Shown in pieces: positions 39,429 to 48,242 of a DNA stretch of 64,000 nucleotides. The stretch is from Candidatus Marinacidobacterales bacterium (lineage in GTDB: Bacteria > Acidobacteriota > Vicinamibacteria > Marinacidobacterales > SMYC01), in contig CBDCYI010000005.1 in assembly GCA_965224085.1 (NCBI GenBank), positions 1,664,001-1,728,000 on the forward strand. Direction: 5' to 3'. The notes under the pieces were generated by a model. That model was given only the letters and a program-made list of their open reading frames with translations. It had not been told where the DNA came from and did no database searches. Each line of letters starts with the position of its first letter. Within the stretch, counting starts at the first letter, position 1. The translations under genes were made by a program, and so were the position numbers.

Positions 39429-39592
39429 CCTCCCGTTCTAGGCTCTCGTCTTCTCCCGCGAGAGAAGACCAGAGCTCGCGCGGTCCGGAATCAAAGTAAG
39501 GTTCAGTACTCCCTTGCGTAGCAAGTACGACCTTCTGCCCATCCGCGGCCGCAGCCTGCGAGAACGCCAACTCAGGAGGGAGTCGATCCACC

Positions 39593-39946
39593 ATGAAATT
39601 CGGAAGGACGGTTCGTAAGCTGCGAGAGGAACAAAACGTCAGCATCGCTCAATTTGCTAGAAAAGTCGGGATGAGTCCGACTTATCTCGCGCCCATCGAG
39701 CGTGACGTATTCCCGCCTCCCGCAGAGAAGAAAGTGATCAAGATCGCGAAGGCGCTCGATCAGAACACAGACGAGTTTCTCGCCCTCGCCGGCCGGATCG
39801 GCACCGACTTGAGACGCATCATCCGTCGCCAGCCGGCGAGTGCTGGACGCGTTTTACGCGCTATCGACGGGCTCTCAGAAAGAGAGATCGACGAGCTCGT
39901 GACCAAGGCGAAGAAAAGGAACCACCGGAAAAGAACGGCAAAGTAG
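39593..39946 (+). CDS. XRE-family HTH transcriptional regulator
   Basis: FGRTVRKLREE..S..QFA.KVGMSPTYL..IER; AGGAGG RBS. Confidence 0.88.
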   Translation: MKFGRTVRKLREEQNVSIAQFARKVGMSPTYLAPIERDVFPPPAEKKVIKIAKALDQNTDEFLALAGRIGTDLRRIIRRQPASAGRVLRAIDGLSEREIDELVTKAKKRNHRKRTAK

Positions 39947-39989
39947 GCGGCGTCCAAACATCCGAAGCCTCGCGTTACACTACTGTCCA

Positions 39990-40814
39990 ATGAGTCCGTC
40001 TCAAGGAGGGTTTCCCGATCTTCGGATTGTTCCTGTTTCCGATCTGCTGCTACACGAGGATGTCGATCTCGAGCGTGTCGCGCGGCTTCTCGATCGTTTA
40101 TCCGCAGACGGTATTCTGAGAAATCCGCCCATCGTGGCGAGTCTCCCTGGCACCGATCGATTCTTGTTGCTCGATGGCGCTAATCGTGTTTCCGCCCTCG
40201 AGAATCTCGACATTCCGCACCTGCTCGTTCAAGTCGAGTTCTTAGGCGACCCCGCACTCGAGGTGCGCCATTGGAACCATGTCGTTCGGGACATCGAAGC
40301 GCGCGAGTTAGCGGAATACGCGCGGGGCGCCGACGGCATCGAGCTCGTTGAGAATGCGCCCGAAGGCGATCCCGACTATCTCGGAAGCATCTTGACCGCG
40401 GATTCTGAGGCTCTGCATCTGAGAGCTCCAGGGTCGATGAAAGATCGGGTGCGACACTTGCGCGCGATGGTTGACGTCTATTACAGCCGCGAAGCGCGGA
40501 TGGACAGGGTCAATCACTCAGATATCGCGGCGCTCAAAGAGCAGCACTCGCATTTCGGAGCTGTCGTGGTGTTCCCGAATTTTTCGAAGGATGTGCTGCG
40601 CGCCGTCGCTGAGGAAGGGGATCGCCTGCCTTCGGGTGTGACCCGCATCCTCGTGCCGCGCCGTGTTCTCGGCTTCAACATGCGCCTGCCGCTTCTGAAG
40701 TCGAACCTTCCCCTCGAAGAGAAAACGCGTTGGCTCACCGATCAGATCCAGCACAAGGTCTCCGAGCACGAAGTCCGCTACTACCAGGAGCCGACGTTCA
40801 TTTTTGATGATTGA
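39990..40814 (+). CDS. ParB/Srx-fold protein, SbnI/SerK-like free serine kinase homologue
   Basis: LLHE, LRNPPIV, LDGANR, W.H, LPSGVTR, R.L...LPLLK and RYYQEP.F match the SbnI layout as I recall it. Confidence 0.7.
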   Translation: MSPSQGGFPDLRIVPVSDLLLHEDVDLERVARLLDRLSADGILRNPPIVASLPGTDRFLLLDGANRVSALENLDIPHLLVQVEFLGDPALEVRHWNHVVRDIEARELAEYARGADGIELVENAPEGDPDYLGSILTADSEALHLRAPGSMKDRVRHLRAMVDVYYSREARMDRVNHSDIAALKEQHSHFGAVVVFPNFSKDVLRAVAEEGDRLPSGVTRILVPRRVLGFNMRLPLLKSNLPLEEKTRWLTDQIQHKVSEHEVRYYQEPTFIFDD

Positions 40815-40910
40815 GCGCGGAAGGCAAGGGGAGGAGGGGATGTGGGAAACAACCTCTCACGCTGAGCAGTCTTTGAGGGAGAGCTCGGTACGTGCTAGGA
40901 TTTTGCGGCT

Positions 40911-41663
40911 ATGTCTGGACATTCCAAGTGGCATTCCATCAAGCACAAGAAATCGGCGGTGGATGCCAAACGCGGTAAAGCGTTTACCGGGATCATCAAG
41001 GAAATCACTGTGGCCGCACGCATCGGCGGCGGCGACATAGAATTCAATCCTCGTCTTCGGCTCGCTGTCGACAAGGGCAAAGCGGCCAATATGCCGAAGG
41101 ACAACATCGAGCGTGCCATCAAAAAAGGCACGGGCGAGCTCGAAGGCTACAACCTCGAAGAAGTGCACTACGAAGGCTATGGTCCCGGGGGCGTTGCGGT
41201 CTTTATCGAAGCGACGACGGACAACAAGAACCGCACCGTGAGCGAAGTGCGCCATTTTTTTTCGAAATTTGGTGGCAATCTCGGTGAGTCCGGCTCAGTC
41301 AACTGGATGTTCGACAAGAGAGGCTACATCGTCGTCTCCCGGGAGAACGTAGACGAAGAGGTGCTTCTCGAAGCCGCCCTCGAAGCCGGCGCCGACGACG
41401 TCAATGAAGATGGCGGCCATTGGGAAGTCTTGACGCTCCCCGAAAGGTTTCAAGCCGTGCACGACGCCCTCACGGCGAAGAACATCAGCATCGAAGCCGA
41501 AGAGATCGCGATGATTCCCCAAACGAGCGTCAAGCTCACGGGCAAGCAAGCAAAGCAGATGCTGAAGCTCATGAACGCTCTCGAAGATCTCGAAGATCTG
41601 ACGAACGTGTGGGCCAACTTCGATATCGACGAAGAAGAGATCGAAGCCGCGATGTCCAAATAG
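40911..41663 (+). CDS. yebC: YebC/PmpR-family protein
   Basis: [32 protein letters not shown]. Confidence 0.96.
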   Translation: MSGHSKWHSIKHKKSAVDAKRGKAFTGIIKEITVAARIGGGDIEFNPRLRLAVDKGKAANMPKDNIERAIKKGTGELEGYNLEEVHYEGYGPGGVAVFIEATTDNKNRTVSEVRHFFSKFGGNLGESGSVNWMFDKRGYIVVSRENVDEEVLLEAALEAGADDVNEDGGHWEVLTLPERFQAVHDALTAKNISIEAEEIAMIPQTSVKLTGKQAKQMLKLMNALEDLEDLTNVWANFDIDEEEIEAAMSK

Positions 41664-41679
41664 CCTCGGGCTCGAGCCA

Positions 41680-42177
41680 ATGAGGATTCTAGGGATCGAC
41701 CCTGGCTCTCAGGTCACCGGCTACGGCGTGATCGAGTCCGACGGCACGCGCACCGCTCTCGTGACCGAGGGTGTTATCCGGACGCGCTCGATGCGGAGCT
41801 TTCCGGAAAAGCTCCGACTCATCCACGATGGCATCGCGGAGGTGCTCGACGAGCAACGCCCCCGGCAGATGGTGGTCGAAGGCCTGTTCTATGCCATGAA
41901 CGTTAAGAGCGCCCTCAAGCTCGGTCATGTCCGCGGCGTCGCTCTTCTCGCCGGCGTGACGCGAGGCATCCCGGTTCACGAATATTCACCACTCGAGGTC
42001 AAGCTGGCCGTCGTCGGCTACGGGCGCGCCGACAAAGAGCAAGTACAGCGCATGGTTGCCGTGCTCCTCGGGCTAGAGCGCCCGCCTGAGCCTCACGATG
42101 CCGCCGACGCGCTCGCGATTGCCCTTTGCCACGCCCATCAGCTTCGCTTTGCCGCGAAAGTGTCGTCGTCCCCGTGA
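41680..42177 (+). CDS. ruvC: Holliday junction resolvase
   Basis: ILGIDPG, VVE..F, GYGRADK.QV, DAADALAIALCH. Confidence 0.96.
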   Translation: MRILGIDPGSQVTGYGVIESDGTRTALVTEGVIRTRSMRSFPEKLRLIHDGIAEVLDEQRPRQMVVEGLFYAMNVKSALKLGHVRGVALLAGVTRGIPVHEYSPLEVKLAVVGYGRADKEQVQRMVAVLLGLERPPEPHDAADALAIALCHAHQLRFAAKVSSSP

Positions 42178-42776
42178 TCTCCTATCTCGAAGGCAAGCTG
42201 CACGAGAAAAAACCCGACCACGTGGTCGTGCTCGCGGGCGGCGTTGGCTACAAAGTCTCGATCCCGGTATCGACCTATTACGAGCTGCCCAATCAAGGGG
42301 AGGGCGTAGCACTTCAGATCCACACCCATGTGCGTGAAGACACGTTCGCGCTTTACGGCTTCTTCTCTGGCAAAGAGCAGCTTTTGTTCCACCGTTTGAT
42401 TGGCGTCGCGGGGGTCGGTCCGTCGCTCGCGCTCAAAGTGATGTCGGGTCTCGAGCCACAGACGCTCATCGACTCGATCCGGCGCGGGGACCGCCGCCGT
42501 TTGAACGCGATCCCCGGCGTCGGCAAGAAAACGGCGGAGCGACTCATCCTCGAGCTTCGGGACAAGATGGCGGAAATTGCGGCTTACGATAGCGGCGCCC
42601 CTCGCGAGGACACGGGCCTAGCCTCTTCCCTCGGTGAGGATCTCATTTCGGCGCTCGTGAATCTCGGCTTCCCGAGGCCGCGATCCGAAAAAGCGGCTCT
42701 CACCGTCGCGCGCGACGAGCCTGAGCTGTCCTTCGAAGACGCGCTCAAAAGAGTACTGCGCGAGCTCTCCGGATAG
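42174..42776 (+). CDS. ruvA: Holliday junction branch migration protein RuvA
   Basis: GGVGY, VRED..LYGF, GVGP.LAL, PGVGKKTAER..LEL, SALVNLG. Confidence 0.96.
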   Translation: MISYLEGKLHEKKPDHVVVLAGGVGYKVSIPVSTYYELPNQGEGVALQIHTHVREDTFALYGFFSGKEQLLFHRLIGVAGVGPSLALKVMSGLEPQTLIDSIRRGDRRRLNAIPGVGKKTAERLILELRDKMAEIAAYDSGAPREDTGLASSLGEDLISALVNLGFPRPRSEKAALTVARDEPELSFEDALKRVLRELSG

Positions 42777-44576
42777 ATGACGCCGCGCGCCGAGGTCAAA
42801 GAGCTCTACCAGAACCGGCTCGCGCAGAAGCAGGTGGAAGCTCGGGAGCAGCGAAACGTCGTTGCCCTGGTCGCTTACGCTCGGCTCGCGATCTTCGTCG
42901 CGGGCTTAGCACTTGCCTGGTTCGTCTTCGAGACGGAACAAGTGGCGTGGCCATGGCTTCTCATTCCCGTCATCGTGTTCTTTGGACTCCTTTATTGGCA
43001 CGGCGGTCTCTACGCGATGCTGCGGCGGACGGAGCGGGCGGCGAGCTTTTACCTGCGAGGCCTCGACCGTATATCGGATGCGTGGATGGGGAAGGGCCAT
43101 CAGGGCGCTTCCTTCGTCGACCCCAAACATCCTCATGCAGGCGATCTCGACATCTTTGGGGCGGCGTCGCTCTTCGAGCTTCTTGCCACGACGGGAAGCC
43201 CTTGGGGGGGGAAAAAGCTCGCGTCTTGGCTTCTCGCGCCGGCGAGCCCGGACATCGTGCGCGCGCGCCAGGCGGCGGTGGCTGAGCTCGCGCCGCTCGT
43301 CGATCTTCGAGAGAGCCTCGCGAGCGAGCACGACGTGCCCGCGGAGTCGGTCGACTCCAAGACACTTTCGAGCTGGGCCACCGAGCCGCCCGTGCTCACG
43401 TCGATGGTCGCGGGGAAGCTCGCGCTTATTCTTGGCGTGGCGTCGCTCATTGCCGGCGTCGGCTGGCTCGCGTCGTGGTGGACGCGGCTGCCTTTTCTTC
43501 TGCTGATTCTCGTGAGCGCATCCTTTGCTTTTTTATACCGGTCGCGCGTGCGCTCCGTGCTCGCGGCGGTCGAAGGCCCCGCGCGCGATCTCGGTGTCTT
43601 GTCGTCACTGCTCGAGCGGCTCGAAGGCGAGAGCTTCACCGCGCCGCGGCTCGTGTCGCTTCAGGGCGCCCTGACCTTCTCGGGATCTTCGACCGCCTCG
43701 AAACGCATCCGCGATCTCGGCCGCCTCATCGACTACCTCGACGCGCGCCGCAATCAGTTATTCCTGCCGTTCGCGGCGATCCTCCTTTGGGGCACCCAGT
43801 TCGCCTTCGCGATCGAGTCGTGGCGCCGCGACTCGGGGAGCGAAGTGGCGCGCTGGCTCGACGCGGTCGGGGAGCTCGACGCGCTTCTCGCGCTCGCGAC
43901 TTATGCCTTCGAGCATCCCGACGATCGCTTTCCGACGATTGTGGAGGATCGCGTCTTGTTCGATGCCGAAGGGATCGGGCATCCGCTGATACCCGAAGAT
44001 CGCGTCGTGCGCAACGACGTGCGCTTCGGCGGCGAGCTCCGGCTCCTCGTCATCTCGGGCTCGAACATGTCGGGGAAGAGCACTTTTCTGCGCGCCGTGG
44101 GTGTCAATACAGTGCTCGCGCTCGCGGGCGCGCCCGTTCGTGCGCGTAAGCTGACGCTCTCGCCTTTCGTCGTCGCCGCATCCATCCGGATCGTCGACTC
44201 GCTTCGAGACGGTATCTCACACTTCTATGCCGAGATCCTCCGGCTTCGACAAGTCATGGAGCTCTCCGGGGCGAAAGAAGGGACCGTTCTTTTCTTGCTC
44301 GACGAGATCCTACACGGGACGAATTCGCACGACCGTCGCATCGGCGCGGACGCGGTTGTGCGCGGTCTCGTCGATCGGGGCGCCGTCGGCTTCATCACGA
44401 CCCACGACCTCGCGCTCTCGAAGCTCGCCGAAGCGCTCGACGACCGAGCGATCAACGTGCATTTCGAGGACGAGATTATAGACGGCAAAGTCCACTTCGA
44501 CTACATCATACGGGACGGAGTCGTGAAGAAGAGCAATGCTCTCGATTTGATGCGCTCGATCGGGCTCGAAGTCTAA
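42777..44576 (+). CDS. Membrane-anchored MutS-family ATPase (lacks the mismatch-recognition domain)
   Basis: Hydrophobic hairpins at about aa 30-75 and 210-255. GHPLI, SGSNMSGKST, SHFYAE, LLDEILHGTNS, TTHDL. Confidence 0.88.
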   Translation: MTPRAEVKELYQNRLAQKQVEAREQRNVVALVAYARLAIFVAGLALAWFVFETEQVAWPWLLIPVIVFFGLLYWHGGLYAMLRRTERAASFYLRGLDRISDAWMGKGHQGASFVDPKHPHAGDLDIFGAASLFELLATTGSPWGGKKLASWLLAPASPDIVRARQAAVAELAPLVDLRESLASEHDVPAESVDSKTLSSWATEPPVLTSMVAGKLALILGVASLIAGVGWLASWWTRLPFLLLILVSASFAFLYRSRVRSVLAAVEGPARDLGVLSSLLERLEGESFTAPRLVSLQGALTFSGSSTASKRIRDLGRLIDYLDARRNQLFLPFAAILLWGTQFAFAIESWRRDSGSEVARWLDAVGELDALLALATYAFEHPDDRFPTIVEDRVLFDAEGIGHPLIPEDRVVRNDVRFGGELRLLVISGSNMSGKSTFLRAVGVNTVLALAGAPVRARKLTLSPFVVAASIRIVDSLRDGISHFYAEILRLRQVMELSGAKEGTVLFLLDEILHGTNSHDRRIGADAVVRGLVDRGAVGFITTHDLALSKLAEALDDRAINVHFEDEIIDGKVHFDYIIRDGVVKKSNALDLMRSIGLEV

Positions 44577-44608
44577 TCCCGCCTGGATGAGGTAGACTTT
44601 CTCGAAAC

Positions 44609-45625
44609 ATGGCTGATCGATTGGTGTCTCTAGGGCCCACCGACGAGGATCGCTCCCTCGATGTGAGCCTCCGGCCGCGCGGCTTTTCTGAATATATCGG
44701 CCAAAAGAAGGTGCTGGCGCAGCTCGAGATCGCGGTGCAAGCGGCGCGCGAGCGGGACGAAGCGATGGACCATCTTTTGACCTACGGGCCGCCCGGCCTC
44801 GGCAAAACAACGCTCGCCCACGTCGTGGCCAACGAGCTCGGCGTCAACATTAGGACGACGGCGGGGCCCCTCGTCGAGAAATCCGGGGACCTCGTGGCGC
44901 TTTTGACGAATCTCGAAACGCGCGACGTGCTCTTCATCGACGAGATCCACCGCCTCCATCCTTCGATCGAGGAAGTGCTCTACCCGGCGATGGAGGATTT
45001 CAAGCTCGACATCATCATCGGCCAAGGGCCCTCGGCAAAGTCGGTGAGGATTCCCGTCTCGCCGTTCACGCTCATCGGCGCCACGACGCGTGCGGGCCTT
45101 TTGACCTCGCCTCTCCGCTCGCGCTTCGGTATCGTGCACCGCCTCGACTTCTACACCGTGGCGGATTTGACGGCAGTCATCGAGCGCTCAGCAACGATCC
45201 TCGGTGTCTCGTGCCAAAGAGAGGCGGCCGTCTCTCTCTCGAAGCGCTCACGAGGCACGCCGCGTATCGCGAACCGACTTCTGCGCCGTGTGAGGGATTA
45301 CGCGCAGGTCAAAGCGGACGGGACGATCACCGAAAACGTCGCCTCGGAAGCGCTCGCGCTTCTCGAAGTCGACGAGCTTGGCTTCGACGAGATGGACCGC
45401 AGCATCCTTCAAACCATCATGGAGAAGTTCTCCGGCGGTCCCGTCGGCCTTTCCACCATAGCGGCCGTCGTCGGGGAAGAGCCGGATACGATCGAGGACA
45501 TCTACGAGCCTTATCTCATCCAGATCGGTTTTCTCGATCGCACCCCGCGCGGGCGCGTCGCTACGGAGCGGGCCTATCGCCACTTCGGGCTCACACCTAT
45601 GGATCGGCAGAAACGCCTCTTCTGA
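44609..45625 (+). CDS. ruvB: Holliday junction branch migration helicase RuvB
   Basis: [44 protein letters not shown]. Confidence 0.97.
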   Translation: MADRLVSLGPTDEDRSLDVSLRPRGFSEYIGQKKVLAQLEIAVQAARERDEAMDHLLTYGPPGLGKTTLAHVVANELGVNIRTTAGPLVEKSGDLVALLTNLETRDVLFIDEIHRLHPSIEEVLYPAMEDFKLDIIIGQGPSAKSVRIPVSPFTLIGATTRAGLLTSPLRSRFGIVHRLDFYTVADLTAVIERSATILGVSCQREAAVSLSKRSRGTPRIANRLLRRVRDYAQVKADGTITENVASEALALLEVDELGFDEMDRSILQTIMEKFSGGPVGLSTIAAVVGEEPDTIEDIYEPYLIQIGFLDRTPRGRVATERAYRHFGLTPMDRQKRLF

Positions 45626-45629
45626 CGTC

Positions 45630-46652
45630 TTGAAACTCTCCGAGTTCGACTACGAGCTCCCGCCGGAGCTCATCGCGCAAGAACCTTTGGCCGAGCGCGA
45701 TGCCTCTCGGCTGCTGCACATGTTGCCTGGGAGCTTCGAGCATCGGCGCTTCGACGCTCTTCCCGATCTTCTCGAGCCGGGTGACGTGCTCGTCGTCAAC
45801 GAGACGAAGGTCTTTCCGGCGCGCCTCATCGGTACCAGCGCGAGCATCGGCAGCGTCGAGCTCTTGCTGCTCGAGGATCTCGGCGACACCCACTGGCGCG
45901 TCCTCGCCAAGCCCGCCCGCAAGATACGTTTGGGCGCCACGCTCACTTTTGGGGACGGCCGTCTCGCCGCCGAGGTCGTGGACACTGAATCTGGCGCGTT
46001 GGTAGTCCGCTTCGAGCATGAAGGTGCCTTCGCCGACGTCATCGACGGGCTCGGAACGACGCCCCTTCCGCCTTACATCCATTGGAGCGCGAGCGATGAC
46101 GAGCGCGCGACCCGCGGACGCTATCAGACCGTCTACGCCACCAACCGCGGTTCCGTTGCGGCTCCGACGGCGGGACTACATTTCACCGACGACATCTTGA
46201 GGCGTCTTGCCGAGCGCAACATCGAGGTAGCGCGGCTCACCCTCCACATTGGATACGCGACCTTCGAGCCCATTCGCACCGACATCGTCGAGGAGCACGC
46301 GATGGGCGTCGAGCGTTTCCACGTTCCGCGCGAGACCGCCGAGCTCGTGCGCTCGGGCCGAACGGTCGTTGCCGTCGGTACGACCTCGGTGCGCGCGCTC
46401 GAATCGGGCGCCCGCATCGACTTTTCGCCCGGCTGGCACGAGACCGACCTTTTCATCACGCCAGGATTCGAGTTCCGCGTCGTGCGCGGGCTCGTTACGA
46501 ACTTTCATCTTCCGAAGAGCTCTCTTCTTCTGCTCGTCTCGGCGCTCGGCGGTACCGACCGCGTGCGCGCCGCCTATCGCGAAGCGGTGAAGGAACGCTA
46601 TCGCTTTTACAGCTACGGCGACTGCATGCTGCTCCCGCCCGCTCGGCTATAA
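45630..46652 (+). CDS. queA: S-adenosylmethionine:tRNA ribosyltransferase-isomerase
   Basis: FDYELP.ELIAQ.P, PLPPYI, YQTVYA, AAPTAGLHF, TNFHLP, YRFYSYGD. Confidence 0.96.
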   Translation: MKLSEFDYELPPELIAQEPLAERDASRLLHMLPGSFEHRRFDALPDLLEPGDVLVVNETKVFPARLIGTSASIGSVELLLLEDLGDTHWRVLAKPARKIRLGATLTFGDGRLAAEVVDTESGALVVRFEHEGAFADVIDGLGTTPLPPYIHWSASDDERATRGRYQTVYATNRGSVAAPTAGLHFTDDILRRLAERNIEVARLTLHIGYATFEPIRTDIVEEHAMGVERFHVPRETAELVRSGRTVVAVGTTSVRALESGARIDFSPGWHETDLFITPGFEFRVVRGLVTNFHLPKSSLLLLVSALGGTDRVRAAYREAVKERYRFYSYGDCMLLPPARL

Positions 46653-46659
46653 TTCGCTG

Positions 46660-47232
46660 ATGGACCGCGAGCAATTACTCTCCGTGGTGGAAGAGAGCGC
46701 CGCGCTCAAGCGTGCTTTCTTCGATTCGGGAGCGGATTCTGTTTTGGAGGTGGGCCGCCGTCTCGCCCAAGCGCTCTCGGATGGCCACAAGCTTCTCGTC
46801 TTCGGCAATGGCGGGAGCGCTGCCGACGCGCAACATTTCGCGGCCGAGCTCGTCAATCGCTTCGTGAACGACCGGCCCGCGCTTCCCGCGATCGCGCTGA
46901 CCACCGACACGTCCGTTTTGACGAGCATCGCGAACGACGGCGACTATGACGCCGTATTTAGCCGGCAGATCGAAGCTCTCGGCGCCGAAGGGGACGTCGC
47001 GGTCGCGATCAGCACGAGCGGCAACTCGCCGAACGTACTGAAAGCAGTCGCCGTCGCGCGTGAGAAAGGGCTGACGACGGTAGGCCTCGCGGGCCATGAC
47101 GGAGGCAAGCTCGGCGCGATCGTCGATCAGTGTTTGATAGTGGATCATCCCGAGACGGCGCGCATCCAGGAAGTGCACGGCATGCTGATCCACGTTTTTT
47201 GTCAAATCATCGAAGACGAGCTCTTCCCATGA
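46660..47232 (+). CDS. gmhA: Phosphoheptose isomerase
   Basis: GNGGSAADAQH.AAEL, STSGNS, RIQEVH. Confidence 0.95.
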   Translation: MDREQLLSVVEESAALKRAFFDSGADSVLEVGRRLAQALSDGHKLLVFGNGGSAADAQHFAAELVNRFVNDRPALPAIALTTDTSVLTSIANDGDYDAVFSRQIEALGAEGDVAVAISTSGNSPNVLKAVAVAREKGLTTVGLAGHDGGKLGAIVDQCLIVDHPETARIQEVHGMLIHVFCQIIEDELFP

Positions 47233-48176
47233 CTTCGAAATATTCCGTCAAGCCACTCGACCTCGATGGTCTCGACACCTATCCGCTCGCTTCGCGAAAA
47301 AGCAAAGTAGGCCGCGAGCAGCTCGGAAAACCCATTTCAGAAGAGGCGACCTTCCGCGAGTTTTGGGATGGGCTCCCCGATATCCTCGCCGCGAGCGACT
47401 TGCGCGAGCTGGTGAAGCGGATGCATAGCGCGCGCGAGAGCGAGCGCGCGCTCGTTTGGGGACTCGGCGCTCATGTCATCAAAGTCGGCCTCTCGCCCCT
47501 TCTCATCGACTTGATGGATCGCGGCTTCGTATCCGGTCTCGCGCTCAACGGCGCGGGCATCATTCACGATTTCGAGCTCGCGATGGTGGGCCAAACTTCT
47601 GAAGAAGTTGCCGACGGTCTCGGCGAAGGCAAGTTCGGGATGGCCGAAGAAACAGGGGCGCTTTTGAATGAAGCGACCCGGAAGGGTGTCGAGACCGGGC
47701 TCGGTCTCGGTGAAGCCATCGGCGTGCTCCTCCACGAGCAGGACCCTCCGCACAAAGAGACGAGCCTTCTTTGGAACGCTTACCGTCTCGGCATCCCCGT
47801 CACCGTGCACGTTGCGGTGGGGACGGACATCATCCACATGCACCCGCAAGCTTCGGGCGCGGCCATTGGCGAAGCCAGTCTGCACGACTTCAAGCTCTTT
47901 GCCGGGGTGGTTCGAGGACTAAATGGCGGCGGGGTCTACTTGAATATCGGCTCGGCGGTGCTTCTACCCGAAGTGTTCCTGAAAGCGGTGAGCGTCGTGC
48001 GAAACCTCGGGCACTCTTTGACCGATTTCTCGACGGCCAATTTCGATTTCATTCGCCACTACCGGCCGCGCGTCAACGTCGTAGAGCGGCCCGTGACCGG
48101 CTCGGGCCGAGGCTTCGAGTTCGTCGGCCACCACGAGCTCATGCTCCCTTTGCTGATTCAGGGTTTGAGCGTATGA
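47229..48176 (+). CDS. Conserved hypothetical protein, possibly deoxyhypusine-synthase-like fold
   Basis: GAHVIK.G, NGAGIIHDFE, GTDIIH, GSAV.LPEVFLKA, GHHE. ATGA overlap with gmhA. Confidence 0.6.
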   Translation: MTSKYSVKPLDLDGLDTYPLASRKSKVGREQLGKPISEEATFREFWDGLPDILAASDLRELVKRMHSARESERALVWGLGAHVIKVGLSPLLIDLMDRGFVSGLALNGAGIIHDFELAMVGQTSEEVADGLGEGKFGMAEETGALLNEATRKGVETGLGLGEAIGVLLHEQDPPHKETSLLWNAYRLGIPVTVHVAVGTDIIHMHPQASGAAIGEASLHDFKLFAGVVRGLNGGGVYLNIGSAVLLPEVFLKAVSVVRNLGHSLTDFSTANFDFIRHYRPRVNVVERPVTGSGRGFEFVGHHELMLPLLIQGLSV

Positions 48177-48242
48177 AGGGCGGGCAATTCATGGCCGCGT
48201 CCCGGGTGCCGCGACGCACTTGCTGATTCAAGGGCGCAACAT

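Noticed and set aside
39593-40814. XRE plus ParB-like pair as a prophage, ICE or partition module
   Set aside because: No integrase, ParA, ImmA protease or att-like repeats. The ParB-like protein lacks an HTH and resembles SbnI.
43204-43216. G8-A5 run in the mutS-like gene as a programmed frameshift or phase-variation site
   Set aside because: The frame is intact and there is no evidence for an alternative product.
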